DNA of 63,962 nucleotides, the filler included, from Choristocarpus tenellus KU-1152 (taxonomy: Eukaryota > Protista > Phaeophyceae): the NCBI GenBank assembly GCA_964200185.2. It is 9 parts of 9 records of this genome, joined end to end, with 100 filler letters (N's around TTAATTAATTAA, not from the genome) between each part and the next. Parts side by side here need not be neighbours in the genome. Positions count along the whole stretch, not along the records: positions 1 to 6,602 come from CAXNAD020007774.1; positions 6,703 to 12,206 come from CAXNAD020010595.1; positions 12,307 to 14,976 come from CAXNAD020025790.1; 6 more parts are not named here. One strand, 5' to 3'. Every line of letters starts with the position of its first letter. Within the stretch, counting starts at the first letter, position 1. The notes beneath the pieces are model-generated. The model made no database searches, was not told where the DNA came from, and worked only from the letters and a program-made list of their open reading frames with translations. Made by a program: the position numbers and the translations under genes. Below are positions 1 through 13,099 of the stretch, piece by piece.

Positions 1-41
1 CCCCCAAAGGAAAGGCCCCCCCCCCCCAGATACTTTGAGCT
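1..41. mobile_element. MITE family B, terminal fragment
   Basis: C-run followed by AGATACTTTGAGCT, the terminus seen in complete family B copies. Confidence 0.75.
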
Positions 42-66
42 AATACAAGACTGAAAGGCAGTCAAG

Positions 67-436
67 TGTTCAACAATCCCTGCGTGAAGATGATGTGTCA
101 TATGAGTATGTTTCCTTTGATTATACATAAGATTAGGAGTGTGTATACCAGCATCGATGTTTGGTCTCTACACCCGACTGAACTACAACAAAGACAAGGG
201 TGGGGCATTGCCTGAGCACCCAATTCTCACTTGCGTATTTATCCACTTCTTCTCGTATATCTACCAATGCAACACATAACATAATAATACAGATGGGATA
301 TCAAGACCTATCTATGATATACTTCCTTCTCAATCAATACCACTAGTGAATTGCTGTTTCATGTCTGGATAGCTACTCCAAACTGTACTTGCAGCTCCAC
401 CAATGGTGTTCATGTGTCTCAGCACCACTATCAACA
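67..436 (-). repeat. 3' LTR of the copia-type element
   Basis: Aligns with 1688-1981 apart from an extra ~76-bp block; adjacent PPT. Confidence 0.85.
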
Positions 437-699
437 CCTTCCCTTGCTCTGGCAACATTGTGCACCATGCTATCAGCAGCTCTCTTGCATCCTGTGCACT
501 CATTTTACTCATGATCGTAAGACCAGCAAGTCCTCATCTATAAATCCTTGAAAAACATTTTATCTTGTCCTTGAAACTCTACATACTCTAGAGAAATCTA
601 TTGTCCATGTCTCTCTCATCACCATCTAAATTATCCGTAGCATCCAGCTCCGAAGCTGCTACTCTATGGAGGAAATCCTCATGATCAATAGGAAAAACA

Positions 700-1170
700 T
701 CCTTGAAATCCACAGACTAGAGGAAACTCTCTTCCACTGCCTTTATTATTTCCCCTCCCTGGCTTGGACGTCCTTGCATCTAAACTTGATCATGAAAGTC
801 GCCTCCTGCGTAGACCTACTCTCCCCACTGCATTCGAACACGGCAATTACAAAAGAATAGCATTCAGACAACTTCCCCAGGATCTTTGAAACAAGTTCTG
901 AATCTCAAATCTCAACCTCAAGGAAGGCGAGGCGCATGGCTAACCTCTCCATCTTGGTCAGGAACAGAATCAAGTCTTCCCCACCCCGAAGCCTTAGCCT
1001 ATCCAATTCGGCCTGTACCTTCCTCCTCTCCTGTCTTGTCTAGGGAATGTACTGCCATCAGATCCGCCTAACCGACAGCAGGTAATCCCGCCGTATGTAG
1101 AATTAAAGCTGGGCGATCACGCAACATGCACGTAAGAAAAGACCAAGTCTTCTCTGCCATTCGATACTCC
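700..1170 (-). pseudogene. Degenerate copia Gag (UBN2/Retrotran_gag_2-like)
   Basis: Minus strand reads QAELDRLRLRGGEDLILFLTKMERLAMRLAFLEVEI*DSELVSKILGKLSECYSFVIAVFE; has stops; bounds approximate. Confidence 0.7.
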
Positions 1171-1687
1171 TCCGGATTCTCTATCCGCATAGAAGTAATA
1201 GGTCATGATACCCACCCTGCTCCGCCACTGGACTCCCGTGGTGGTCCGCCTGTGCTCACAACATTGGCCGACCTTATCTTCAAGGCCCTGACCCCTCAAA
1301 TGTTTTGCCACTCTTAGTTGCCGCAGGACGTTTCCTTGCGGGGAACTCTCGTTTCCTGCCCACGGTGTCCACTTCAGCGAGTGATGAAGCATTCCGCTCC
1401 ATTGTCCTTCTTGAATCTATATGTAGTCCAAGAAGCCCCGCCCCGCACTGAATCACCTGACCATATGGTGCCCGGACACAACCCCTTATCCTGAGTTGTT
1501 CTTCTGATTGTGGAAGACCTGGATACTGCCTCCCGTCCCATTGAAACAAGCGAACTTGAAGCTTTCTAACGTCTCCCCCATAATAGTCCACGACTCCACA
1601 ACTCCAAATTCTACATTAATCTCAGGTGCTCTTGTCCTGACAAGGAAGACACAACATCACAATAGGAATATTGAGTTCGCTAGAGCG

Positions 1688-1981
1688 TGTTCGAAAATCT
1701 CTGCATGAAGATGATGTGTCACATGAGTATGTTTCCTTTGATGATACATTAGATTAGGAGTGTGTGCACACCTACATCGATGTTTGATCTCTACACTAGA
1801 TTGATGTACAAAGACATGGGTTTGGCATTGCTGAGCACCCGGTCCTCACTTGCGTATTTATCCACTTCTTCTTGTATATCCACCATACTGAATTGCGGTT
1901 TCATGTCTGGTTAGCTACTCCAAACTGTATTTGCAGCTCCACCGATGGTGTCCATGTGTGTCTCAGCACCTATTACCAACA
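1688..1981 (-). repeat. 5' LTR of the copia-type element
   Basis: TGTTCGAAAATC...CCAACA; homologous to 67-436. Confidence 0.85.
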
Positions 1982-2366
1982 TCAGGCACATTATGTCCCC
2001 TTCTCGATCCAGGGGCTGCTCCACTTTCTATACCACAATCCAAGGCTGATTCCTAATATCTGCATGATTCCCTCCTATGCTTCTGACGCAGATGGAGAGA
2101 AAACTGGAAGTAATGTTTAGGCGGATGGAAGGTCAAGAATATTTTTTGGACGAATCAGATATGGCATATTTCTATGCCAACTTGGTTGCCCACAATTCAT
2201 GACCAGAGTCAGCTACACCCAACCCCTGTTGTTGCTTCTGGCTCCCAACTCCTCGGTTCACAATGCAAATATTCAGGTTCTTGTATGCATGACGTTCGAC
2301 TTACTCCTTCTGAGGCCCCCTTATTATGTGAAAGGATTCGAGGTTGTGTGGGCAGTTGAACAGCCA

Positions 2367-2545
2367 GACTCAAAGTATCTGGAGGGTGTAACGGCTCTCT
2401 ATTCGGGGCCAATTTGTTCATGTCGCGATTTTTTGGGTGATTTGGTTTCATACATTGGATGGATAATGAAAGTGCACTTTTCCTGGTTTTGGTCCAAATG
2501 GACACTCTGGTGCAGACCCTCCCCCCCCCTCAGATATTTTGGGTC
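2367..2545. mobile_element. MITE family B (~180 bp), complete
   Basis: GACTCAAAGTATCTGG...CAGATATTTTGGGTC; 3-bp TSD cca/cca. Confidence 0.85.
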
Positions 2546-4333
2546 CCAAGACAATGGCCCCTCAAGTTTTAGGATTTCTATGTATGTCTAGCTTTTTTCT
2601 ATACCGACTCAGTTGCCCTAACCCCGAGACAGAGACACCTATACTATACTCCTGTCAACACCTCTCGCTTCCGGCTGCCGTGGTCAAGTAAATACTCTTG
2701 AGTACATTATTGATACCACCCCTCCCTTTTTCTCTTGAAACTCTTTTTTATACTTATCATGCGAAGGCGCATCCGCCCCTCTTCACACACCTTTATGCAT
2801 TTCACCTAACCCCTGTATTATCTTCTCCTTACCCATGGACTACTCTTGTAAGTTAGCCTGTTTTCTCATATAACCTAGAGATTCCATCTACCAATGCATT
2901 CCTCCCTTTGGTCTGTGTCCTGTCATCCATAAGCCAAACCCCGTTCTTCTTTATCCTAAGAACCTCATACTTCAACATCGGTCTTGGCTGTCTTTTCCCT
3001 CTACCACCAAAAATATTTCCCCTGTCCCATGTCTATCCCCTCTAACCCCTTTTAGGGACCCAGTCGAACCCATTCATGGTGTAATCCCAACGGGTATGCC
3101 AGCCGCCGAAAGATATGGCCTAGGGCAGACTCAAGGGACCTGTGAATCACTATTTTTTTAATTTTACGACTCACACGTCTCTCCATAAACTCTCCCTGCA
3201 CTGGCTGGCCTCCAGTATAAAGTCCTTTGGGTTATGGAGGTATCACACGTCTGACTATCCCTTACAGTGGCTATTTGGTCCTACCACTCGAGACTATGCC
3301 TTCCACGAACCTTGTACCTCGGTCCCTGGCTACAGGCACACCCATTGTATACTCTGACTATAGCAAGTCCCTTGTCATCCTTTAGTGTTTCCACAGATCC
3401 GACATACACCATCCCCTATGTCTTATTCGTGACACTTTTTGCACCTCTAACCACTTCTAAATTCATGTACCCTATGTGACATGGGTAAGCGTATTACCAA
3501 CCACTTGGAGGGGTCGGGCTGGTTTGATGACCAGTATCCGAATTCTCTCCTTTGCCCCCACTATCATTCGAGGCATAAAAGTTCTAAAGTTCTCTCGCCT
3601 TGCTAAGTTCTTGAATGCCATTTTAATCAAATGGCCATGCCGTACCTGTGTCCTCAACTCCACGGTCCAACTGCAACTAGTCAGTGACCAATCAAGCGCT
3701 TTAAGCAGTGTGCATGCGTAATAGACGTAAGCACATTGCATGATCTGTCACTGACTGGTCTTGGAGAATTTTTATCACAGGAGAACTGAGACGTGTAACA
3801 TACCTATTTTTTTCTGGTCTAGGCAGCAGCTGCCAGTGAGTTGTCTGGGACGTGAGGAATTTGTGATGAAATTATGTGCGTGGAATCAGTAAGATACGTG
3901 ATACTCTTTGATTGCTCAGAGCCCAACTCCAAGCAATCCAACCACCCCTAGTCAGTTATCACCTCATGCTTCAATTTTCATGTGCCCTGTACATTGACAC
4001 TACTATCACTATTCCCCGCACACTTTCCCCTCTCTTTTCTTTCAATGTGATGATAAAAAAGTAATGTAGTACACTCTATATGTGTACCCTCCTTCTCAAT
4101 CTACACCCAACCATCAGCAAGTCCTAGTTCAACTCGAATATACTTAGGTCATCGTGGCATCAAAGTAGTACATTGTTGATCTTTGGATCAAATTGGCTGG
4201 TCAAGCGGGACAATTTTCACTCTCTCTCTCTCTCTTTTTCTACAGGAGTGGGACGCAATACTAGTTTTAGTTACCACCACTATAAACAGATGTATGTATA
4301 TATATAAGCCCAAACTGTTCTCCCATGATTCTC

Positions 4334-4487
4334 TCCCCCTGAAATTGATTTTATTGAATTTCTCGGTACTTGCCAAAATACGATGTCCTCACTCTATCAA
4401 TTTCCTTTACTCCCTGAAATTGATATTTATTGAATTTATCGGTACTGGCCAAAATGCGATGTCCTCACTCTATCAATTTCCTTTACT
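4334..4487. repeat. Tandem duplication, ~77-bp unit x2
   Basis: ctgaaattgat...tattgaattt...gatgtcctcactctatcaatttcctttact occurs twice in tandem. Confidence 0.85.
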
Positions 4488-4699
4488 GTTGCCAATAGTT
4501 GTCAACGCTTGTACCAAGGACGACGAAGCCTACTTCTGATCCCTTACATCATATCCCCAATTCTGAAATCTAGGCGATCACCCAAGCTAACACAAGCTAC
4601 AGTGTGACCTAATCTGGTAACGTCACCAATAATGCCAAGGAATAACTTTGTTTGCAACCAAAGCGGCAAAAGAGCTGCAACTAATCGTTTAGCCAGGAA

Positions 4700-5500
4700 A
4701 CTTGATTCAAGCAGTATGTGTGCCGAGTTACCCACCCTACTACTAATCTTGATCCTCCACACATGACCCTTTCTCGAAGTACCAACCTAAGTATCATCCT
4801 AAGATGAGCTCTCACTGTTCAATTTCATCGTGTATGACTTGGGAAGAACAATGTTGGCAGCAGGGACAGCACAATCTATGACTGATCGAGATAGACCAGA
4901 TATCTACCCCAACTATGACTTGCACACGTTGTGCAGCTGGAAATCAAAGTACATTTGGCCTCATTTGTTTATTTTTCTTCTCGAATGCATAGGGGGCATC
5001 ACGTTTATAAAACGAGCGGCATAAGCCATTACGATAACTTGATCAGGGCTCTCTTAAAATATTTCCATCCCTATTCATCACTCTATTGTTACCCTGGTCC
5101 TGCGATTGTGACTTTTTGGCAGCAGGAGGCAAGTTACTACCTACCCTGAACCATAGCATTTGATTTCATGGCAGGTGCCAAAGGGATATCAATATCGGTG
5201 TCAGGAAGATCACACTCTATGACTAGTAGCAACGACCCCGTCAATCCCCCTCACTATAATTACGGCAGGGTAACGAATCCTTCAACCTACCTGCTGCGTG
5301 CACCAATCTATTGTCTTTAACATCAATGTCCTAGAACATTGACATTCACAACCATAGCTGCACGAGCTTCCACCATTGCATAAGGTCCGACTACAAACTG
5401 ATGTATCCATCCTTTTTCACCCATAGTAGGATCACGCCCAGTCCGAGACCATCACTTTTGCTCTGGATCACAGTATGTCCAACTATGTAAATTTCACGGT
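4700..5500 (-). pseudogene. Highly degenerate Ty3/gypsy reverse transcriptase relic
   Basis: Motifs in the expected order across frameshifts: SDWA..WVKKDG, MP..., LVYLD, MKLN...GHV. Confidence 0.4.
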
Positions 5501-5830
5501 CATGCCCAATTCCCACCATAAACCAACCTACTCTAACCTACACTGGTACTAGCGATAAGGTTGTCTTCCCCACCAAATACCTAGGAAGGTTCTTCGTACC
5601 ATTTTATTTGTTCAGCATGGATGCATCTCTAACTTTACTACTGGACGCTACACCCTTTCTCCCCTGTCGGAAAGATTGCTCGGGATTCCCTTGTTCCTGT
5701 CTGTCCCTTCTTGTCCTTCTACCTCGACCTTTGACATTTTCGTTTCTTTCTGCCCCACTGTTACAAACCCTCCATAGCTTGCCTAGATGGGATATGTATT
5801 TCCAATCCACAACCTGAAGGGTGATAAAGA

Positions 5831-6165
5831 GGCTAGCTCGCAGAAGGTGCCTGTAATGTGTCGGTAGCCTCATAACTAACGAAAGCGGTGGTTATCAGGT
5901 TGAGATGGAGTTTTAATTATTCTGAAAGCAAATAAACCTACATTTCACCAGAAACTGTAGAATCCGCAACCGTGATATTGAAGCTAGCTCGCAGAAGGTA
6001 CCTGTGATGTATGGATAACCAAGCTAGCTCGTAGAAGGTGCCTGCGATGTATGGATAGCCTCATAACTAACCAGGATAGTGGTTACCAGGCTGAGATGGA
6101 GTTTTAATTATTCTGAAGGTAAATGTACCTACAGTTCACCATAAACTGTACAATCCATGACCACA
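5831..6165. repeat. Local direct repeat (~145 bp x2 plus a partial third copy)
   Basis: gctagctcgcagaaggt...gagatggagttttaattattctgaa repeated. Confidence 0.8.
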
Positions 6166-6602
6166 TCCTGAAAGGACGGAGTTTTCAGAAGCCGTAATCC
6201 AACTGAAAAGTAGTTTTTTCAATTTCGGTAAAACGGAACAACTTAGTACTATTTGATTTTTATTTCAGAACAGGGAGGAGATATCAATAGAGCAAGGATT
6301 AAAATAGAAAAACGAAATACAAGTTTGACTTTTGTTAGGTACGAATGAATTACTATGAGAAAACTAATATATTATTCTCTCCTCTCACTCCTTACACAAC
6401 AAGTCAAAGAAAAACCCAAACCAATATCACAACGACCCTATATTTTATTATTATGCCCTCTGACATTTTGCAGATGTGTCAGGGGGGAAACCAATGAAAA
6501 CTATATATATGTCGTTATTAGCCCTAAGGAAATAAAATATCCTAAACGTAAGAACATTATAAAACATTGTAAGTGTGGAAACCACTAATCAGTTACTTCA
6601 CC

Positions 6603-6702
6603 NNNNNNNNNNNNNNNNNNNNNNNNNNNNNNNNNNNNNNNNNNNNTTAATTAATTAANNNNNNNNNNNNNNNNNNNNNNNNNNNNNNNNNNNNNNNNNN
6701 NN
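6603..6702. other. Artificial contig linker (also 12207-12306, 14977-15076, 30855-30954, 33658-33757, 39359-39458, 57081-57180, 61094-61193)
   Basis: Identical 100-bp N-run/TTAATTAATTAA/N-run spacer carrying stop codons. Confidence 0.97.
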
Positions 6703-9700
6703 CCCACCCCCCAAAGACCCCCTTCTGTTGAGAAGACCTACGCGCACACATCTATCTATCTATGCCTATACTGTTTGGCTTTGCAGTAGGTAGGAATGAT
6801 GAGTGGTCAAGTGACTAAAAAAGGAAATACACCCAATAAAGTCCAGTGGATTTCTGCCCAAAACTAATGACTATTGCCACATGAAAATTGTTCCAATATT
6901 GTCGGTGAGGGGATATTGAACAACAAAGAATCTCCAATCGGCTCTGACTGAGATATGTCGGCTCCTTAGTGGTACTCTTCATTTTGATTCTTTTCCCCTT
7001 TGATCCCCTTTCGCCAGAGCTGTTACAAGGTCACCCCCGCAGGTAAGTGCCTTGGAAGTGACACTCCGCCTGCAGCTGTTGGGATAGCTTGTACAGATAG
7101 AGTTTCCTTTTTTTATCATGGATAATTTGATTTAATGCTGGTCCTCACAATGGCCCTTACCCTACCTACCTTCCAATATCAAAAAGGTCGCCATAAAGAT
7201 CATAATCCATTCAATTTATCAAAATGATTGCAAGCAGAGTATCACATTCAAGGCCCTCACCCTGGTGAGAATGTATCGGCCTCACTATTGAATCCTCCCT
7301 CTGTATTGTCATGGCAAAGCTCCCCCCCAAGCCCCTCTCCACCCCCTTCACGCCCTTGTTTCCACCCCTAGACCTAGTCATGTCTACTCTGCCAGTGTTC
7401 AAACCATTGGTGTCCTCTCTTTGTTCTTCTCCCATTGCCAGCAGGCTGAGCAAAGTGGAGCGTATGGCACACATGCACGGATGGACCATGAGATTCAGAA
7501 TGGTACTAGTTCTGAGGCCGGTTCCAGTTCAAATTTCAGGGTTAGGGCAGGGAGAGTTTTGAACGGACAGCCAATAGACAAGACAACTCTATTTGAGTCA
7601 GGGGCGTTATTGGTGGGGTTGGAAGGGAGGGAAGATGATGCTGTTCTGCAGGATGATGGCGGGGCTGGCATCCAATTGGGGAGCCTGATGCCGCTGGCTG
7701 GTAAACCATGTGTGGCCTGCTCACTCCCACAAGGGTGGCCGTGGGGGGCGATGGCAGAGAGTGACGGTGTTTGTTTGGCTACAACTGGGGCTGTGGTTGT
7801 GGTAGCACGGCGGGGGGCTGAGGCACCCATGCCATGGCCTTTAGGGTTGGCAGTGAAAGAAGGCTCTTCAGCAGGGTCAAGGACAAGAGGTGTGAATAGT
7901 ATTGACTTGGGAAGCAGTCGCGGCCGTAGTCGTGAGCAGGTCTTATACGCAGTTCCAGAAGAGGACCAGCTGTTGCTTGCAGTGAGGGAACAACCACAGG
8001 GGGGGGGCGGAGGGCGAAGGTCAGACCGGGGGCGCATCTTGTGTGTTGCTCCATTGCAGCATACAATGGCTCGACCTCATCAGGCTGATGGTCGTGTCCT
8101 TGAGCTGAGGTTTTCAACTCCTCAGAGAGGTGGGCAGGGTCCTGGATTGTTTGTTCCCATGCCGCAGCAGGGGAAGGAAGGACCTCTGGGGTTGGGGGGG
8201 ACTGGGGGCCAGAGGGTTTCTATGTCTGGAGAGGTGTTGGGTTGGGGGTGGGCGGAGAGAGAGAAATTGGGAACAGGGTTTTGTGGAAAAGGACATCAGG
8301 GACTGTGGCACTTGGTGAGTGGACTCTTCTTGTGTGGCAAGGCACTGTTGTGTTTGTTATAGTGTGAAATGGCGAAGGCGTGTGCTACTCCTTAGGTGTG
8401 AAATGGCGTTGTGGTGTCACCGAGGGTACACGCACTTGTTTTCTTTTTTTGTAAAGAGAATTTTTCAACATCTTTTAAAAATATGCAATAAAAATAATTT
8501 GTATACCGCATACATGTATATTTACATAATCTGGGAAATTTGATGAAGATACTCCTAGTTTTCGTGAAATGAGTTCTAGCCCTCTAAATCGACAGGTCAC
8601 TTACACCATTCAGAACTTTTGCTTGTGCAAGATACTAGCCTCTGATTAGTTATGATGAAAGGAAACTCATACAAGGCTCATACAGAGCAGAAGTTTCCAC
8701 TCACCTTCTCTGAATGGCACGAAAAACAACTATCCTCAGTTTGTTGAAATATTCCTCTTTTGTTCTTAATTTTTTTTTTCTTTGTTGTAACACCTTTTTC
8801 GCACTCCTTTGAAATGGGGCCTACATTTTTTTCAGGAGAGATTGTTAGGATTAGGCTTAGGGTTTGAAGTAAGTACTTTACTCTCGTGCAAGAGATTGTT
8901 GTCACTTGCTCTTTAGTAAAGGAAACAGGGGGAGTGATCTTCTTCAACCATTTGCTTTATCATTTTGAAGTATTTTTTTTCTTTTCCATAGATTTTTCAT
9001 GCCTCCCCTTTCTTCCATGCAGGTATGTGTATGGGCAGAACAATTTAAAGCAAAGATATTAAGGTTGTACCATACCCTTTAGTTTACAACTATACTGTAG
9101 TATCATGCCTTCAAGTGTCTAAGAGCCGTTGGAGATTCAAATATATGTCGTCCAAGACTCAGCAGTAAGATGTAAATGCCCTGATGATGTGAATGTGATG
9201 TCATGCTACACTCCCATCCTGACCCTCCTCTTTCCTCTCAATCGGTTTCTATTTGTCCATGAGAAGGTGTTGGTTTTTGAATCTACAAGGGGTTGTTCGA
9301 TGGTGGCAGAGCATGTAGAGGAGCAGAGAGAGGCCCTGCTTGCTGCACAGACTGTTGAACTGGTTGAGATGCTTCGTGAGGTGGTACAATTGACTTTTTT
9401 GGCCACAGAAAAATAGATTGTTGTGGAGTAAATAGAGTGACTCCAACGATTGCTCTGGGGAGGTGATGATGACCTCTCTAGTTAAGGAGGGCTCTGCAAG
9501 TGGCATTTGCAGAGCACGGTGGCATGTGTATTGTGCAACAACAGTGCCTCGGGAACTGGGTCAAAAGTCTGCTTATCCTTAATTTGATAAGGTTTATTTT
9601 GTGTGTGTGTTGTTTGGTGTACCTGCTTGTCTGTGTGATACGTATGTGGTCTTGGGAGTAGAGAGTATATATTTTTATTATAGGGTGGTGGGGAACACTG

Positions 9701-10140
9701 CTGAGCATTGCATCTGGTTGGATGGCCGAGGATGGCTATGTCCTTTTTTCGTGACACCGAGTATATATTCATAATTTTGTTGCCGTTGGAAGTGTTCTTT
9801 GTACGCTGTTTTTTTGTTGTTGTAAGAATGATAATATGAGAGAGAGCAAGAATATTGAATTGATGCAGTGGTGGTAATTTCAAGTGAAGGGATAGAAAAT
9901 TACCACTATCATTGCTCCTACTCGTCATACTTGCGTGATTGATATTGTTATGAATAGAAAAGAGTGAGTGCTTCAGCACAATTTTGTACTATGAGTATGG
10001 ACATTGTTGAATAATAGTATTTACCCACTTCTAAGGACTTTGTATTATGCATTTGTCAACCCTGTCGATCAGCGTTTGAGAGGGGATGCTCTCAGTGAAA
10101 GTTACGCACTAATCCGAAATTTTCTAGACTCCTATGCATT

Positions 10141-10401
10141 GAGTGAAATTATCTTAGAGGGTATGAATTTTGCACTGTTTGTCAATTTGTCTCTTGATTT
10201 CTCATAGGTCTCTTACAACATTTTCCTTCTCTGAAATGTTTCGGAGTAGGTAAAATATATATAACCATGAAAGCTGTGTTTGGAACAAGGATAATACTGA
10301 CACTTCCTAACAAACACATTAGCCAAAATTTCATCAAAACCGCACCATTGGAGTTTGGCCCTCAAACGGACGGGGCTCTACCCTCTGAGGTACTTTGACT
10401 C
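10141..10401 (-). mobile_element. MITE family A (~260 bp), complete
   Basis: GAGTGAAATTATCTTAGAGGGTA...TACCCTCTGAGGTACTTTGACTC; TSD att/att. Confidence 0.85.
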
Positions 10402-11149
10402 ATTACATAGATTTAGTTGGTAGGAGCGATACGGCATTATGATATTCGCTGCTTGCAATGTTGGTAATTTGACATACACTGTCAATGATGTTTTATATAG
10501 TCACACTAAGCTACGCACTAAACCCTAATCCTGTCTTCCTGTCGATGGTTGCCCACAGTGAATGTAAGAGACTACATGTACAGGTGTTGGATCGCTTGAG
10601 AGGAGGACTTGCTCTTGTGCAGTAAATTAATTGTGAAATAATAGTCGTGGGAGTAATGAGTTTCCAAAGTATAACTGGAAGTTGAGCCATAATGATGGAA
10701 AGAATGGTGACATCCCACCTTGTACTCTATTGTACAAAAGACTAGAATGTGCATGATACCATGGGCATACCCTAAGATACTATTTTTTGCTTGTACGCAG
10801 TTCAGTCATTATTTGTGGTTCATTTTATTATTGATGAGAGTCATTTGAGAGTTATCGTATGTACAAACTTTGTCCTACATTCAAGCCCTTACTGGCCAAC
10901 TTTCAACTGCAGGGGTTCCATTGTATACAAAAGTATGTCTCCAAATGAATAAGTGTGTGCACACTTGACAAGTTCAACCGTGAAAAGCATAAAACAGAAG
11001 AATAGAATATCAATCGACGGACACAAAAATAGTAATAATTCAGCCAGCCGCAGGAAATGGTACAAGCACTATCAGCTATGAAGTAGAAGTAGATAGTGAT
11101 TATCAAGGTTAAGTAAGAATACTGTAATGCATCTTCTTCACACCCACAT

Positions 11150-11660
11150 GCATCCTCTCTACATCTTCTGGTTCATTGCGCAAACATTTATGCGCCTTGT
11201 GGTAGTATCTCATGTGGTGTGCATACCGTCTTTAATGCCTCCACAGTAAGGTCATCCAAACGACCATTCCCCTGCTACCTCTGATGCCCTCATTCTAGTG
11301 GACATCGACGCCAAAATATTGGTTTGGAGGTTGGAATGAAGTTAATCCTTTATCTTAAGCCTGAACTTCGTCTTAGACATTCCCCGAAATATTCTACGCC
11401 CATCCCTGCTAGCTCAAGGCGACATTTTGGGACATGATCTAAAGATGCTCTGTGCTCTCTACAACATGGTCCAAAGTTGATTCTCGTCCTTGAAATCAAA
11501 ATCATTGCGTTCGCTGAGAACCACCTTGAGATTCATCACTGGATCCACATTCTTGGCTCCTGACACCCCCTCTTTCCACAAATCCTGTTCCTTCACCACG
11601 CGCTTGATCTCTTTGGCCTTCTTATCATATCCCTCAAATCACTTCGTCTTGAGCTTCTCT
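11150..11660 (-). pseudogene. Degenerate IS630/Tc1-like DDE transposase, C-terminal part
   Basis: Minus strand: KAKEIKRVVKEQDLWKEG...VLSERNDFDFKDE...IMS/KCRLELAGMGVEY/GMSKTKFR, resembling the PK(F/C)H(C/P)EL...IE..WG..K...R motif; frameshifted. Confidence 0.6.
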
Positions 11661-13099
11661 CACTCACCACTTCACTCTCCTTCACCATCGACCCCTGCCT
11701 TAGCTTGTTGTGCTTCCCCACCCCATACCTTCACTACATTATGCTCAAGGTACTCACGGTGAACTCTTCCCCCTCTTTTATCTGCAGTCATTTTAATGCC
11801 CTCTCTTCTACTGAGTTCAGTTTTTCAACAAACTGTTGAGTACGACTTGCCCGAGTTTGGCTAAATGAAGTGAAGGAACGTCTTCTTGTAAGAACCGAGC
11901 AAGGAGCTAGGCAAGAAGCAGTCACAGCAATCCACACTCTATTCAAACTTTGTTAAACAGTAGTAGTTACCTTCAGGGAGTGCAGGGGTGTTCGCCAACT
12001 TCCCCACATTCTCGCCCTCTTGCAAGAGACACCATTCGAGTATGTCCAGCTAGATGCCGCATGTAGTGCTGTGAACCCCAACTCCTCCAAAGCCTCGCAT
12101 TTCAAAAATATTTCTGGGAAGTGTTGGTATACATAACAGGGGATTCTCAAAATTGAGGATGGAGCGGGACTATGAGGATGGTTGTTCTGCGAAAACGGTC
12201 TTAAAANNNNNNNNNNNNNNNNNNNNNNNNNNNNNNNNNNNNNNNNNNNNTTAATTAATTAANNNNNNNNNNNNNNNNNNNNNNNNNNNNNNNNNNNNNN
12301 NNNNNNGTGGCATGCAGCCTTCATGATTTTACGCTAGATGTCTCAATCCTGACAGCCACGTCCAACCTGGTTGAAGTTACTCATGGACAGATAAGTACAG
12401 CACCTCGTTCTAAGCGGCCATTTACGGTGAAAGTTCTTTCTGCCAAATACATTAAAGTTATCAAATTATTTGAGGTAGATAAAGGAGGGAGACAAGGCGT
12501 AACTGTGTCTGACTAAAGGGATTTTTATTTTTTGGGCCTTTCCTAGTTCATGGTATCCTACCCAGTTGTGAACAAACCTGTGTTTGATAGGTTGTCCATC
12601 AAATAGGCTAGTTGATGGTGCACTTTAGCAATACATGTCTCGGCCACGCCTTTCTTATATTCCATTGGTTTCCTTACCAGTAGTGAGCGATGTTGTTATA
12701 AATTGCCACTCAGATAGGCTAAGCAAAGAAGGACACGGGCAACACCTGCCTACACCAGACCTTTACCATTTTTCTTTGGGATCCGAATCAGAAGAGGACA
12801 GCGAACCAAGTTGCTCATCAAATTGGCCACTCGATGATGCATCTGAACACTCTCTCAATCACATATTTCTAACAATTCTTTTGACTCCAACCTGCAGCGA
12901 AAAACCTACCACGGCTGATCACTCAAAATGGCCGAATTACAATCCACTGCCTCAGACTCATTTTGTTAATGCAAAAAAAATCATCCTCAGCAGTCAAGTA
13001 TTCTTCCAATTTATTGGATCCGTGGGTAAGGACTTCGTAATATCACGAATGTGTTGCACCAAGTCAGCGTGTTGTTGGCATACATTTGCGATTCAACAT

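Larger units (their letters stand above)
67..1981 (-). mobile_element. Internally deleted Ty1/copia-type LTR retrotransposon (gag only, non-autonomous)
   Basis: Direct repeats 67-436 and 1688-1981, both TGTT...AACA; 5-bp TSD tcaag (62-66)/tcagg (1982-1986); polypurine tract on minus strand at 437-446; gag-like peptide inside. Confidence 0.85.

Noticed and set aside
4334-6165. Short direct repeats as a possible CRISPR array
   Set aside because: Only two or three long units, no unique spacers, no cas genes, eukaryotic context
6435-6500. Similarity to 56450-56505 (attattatg...ttttgcagatgtgtcagggg)
   Set aside because: Probably another dispersed repeat, but its boundaries and TIRs could not be defined from two short matches
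6603-6702. TTAATTAATTAA palindrome recurring within N-runs eight times
   Set aside because: Artificial stop-codon linker between concatenated contigs; adjacency across these linkers cannot be trusted
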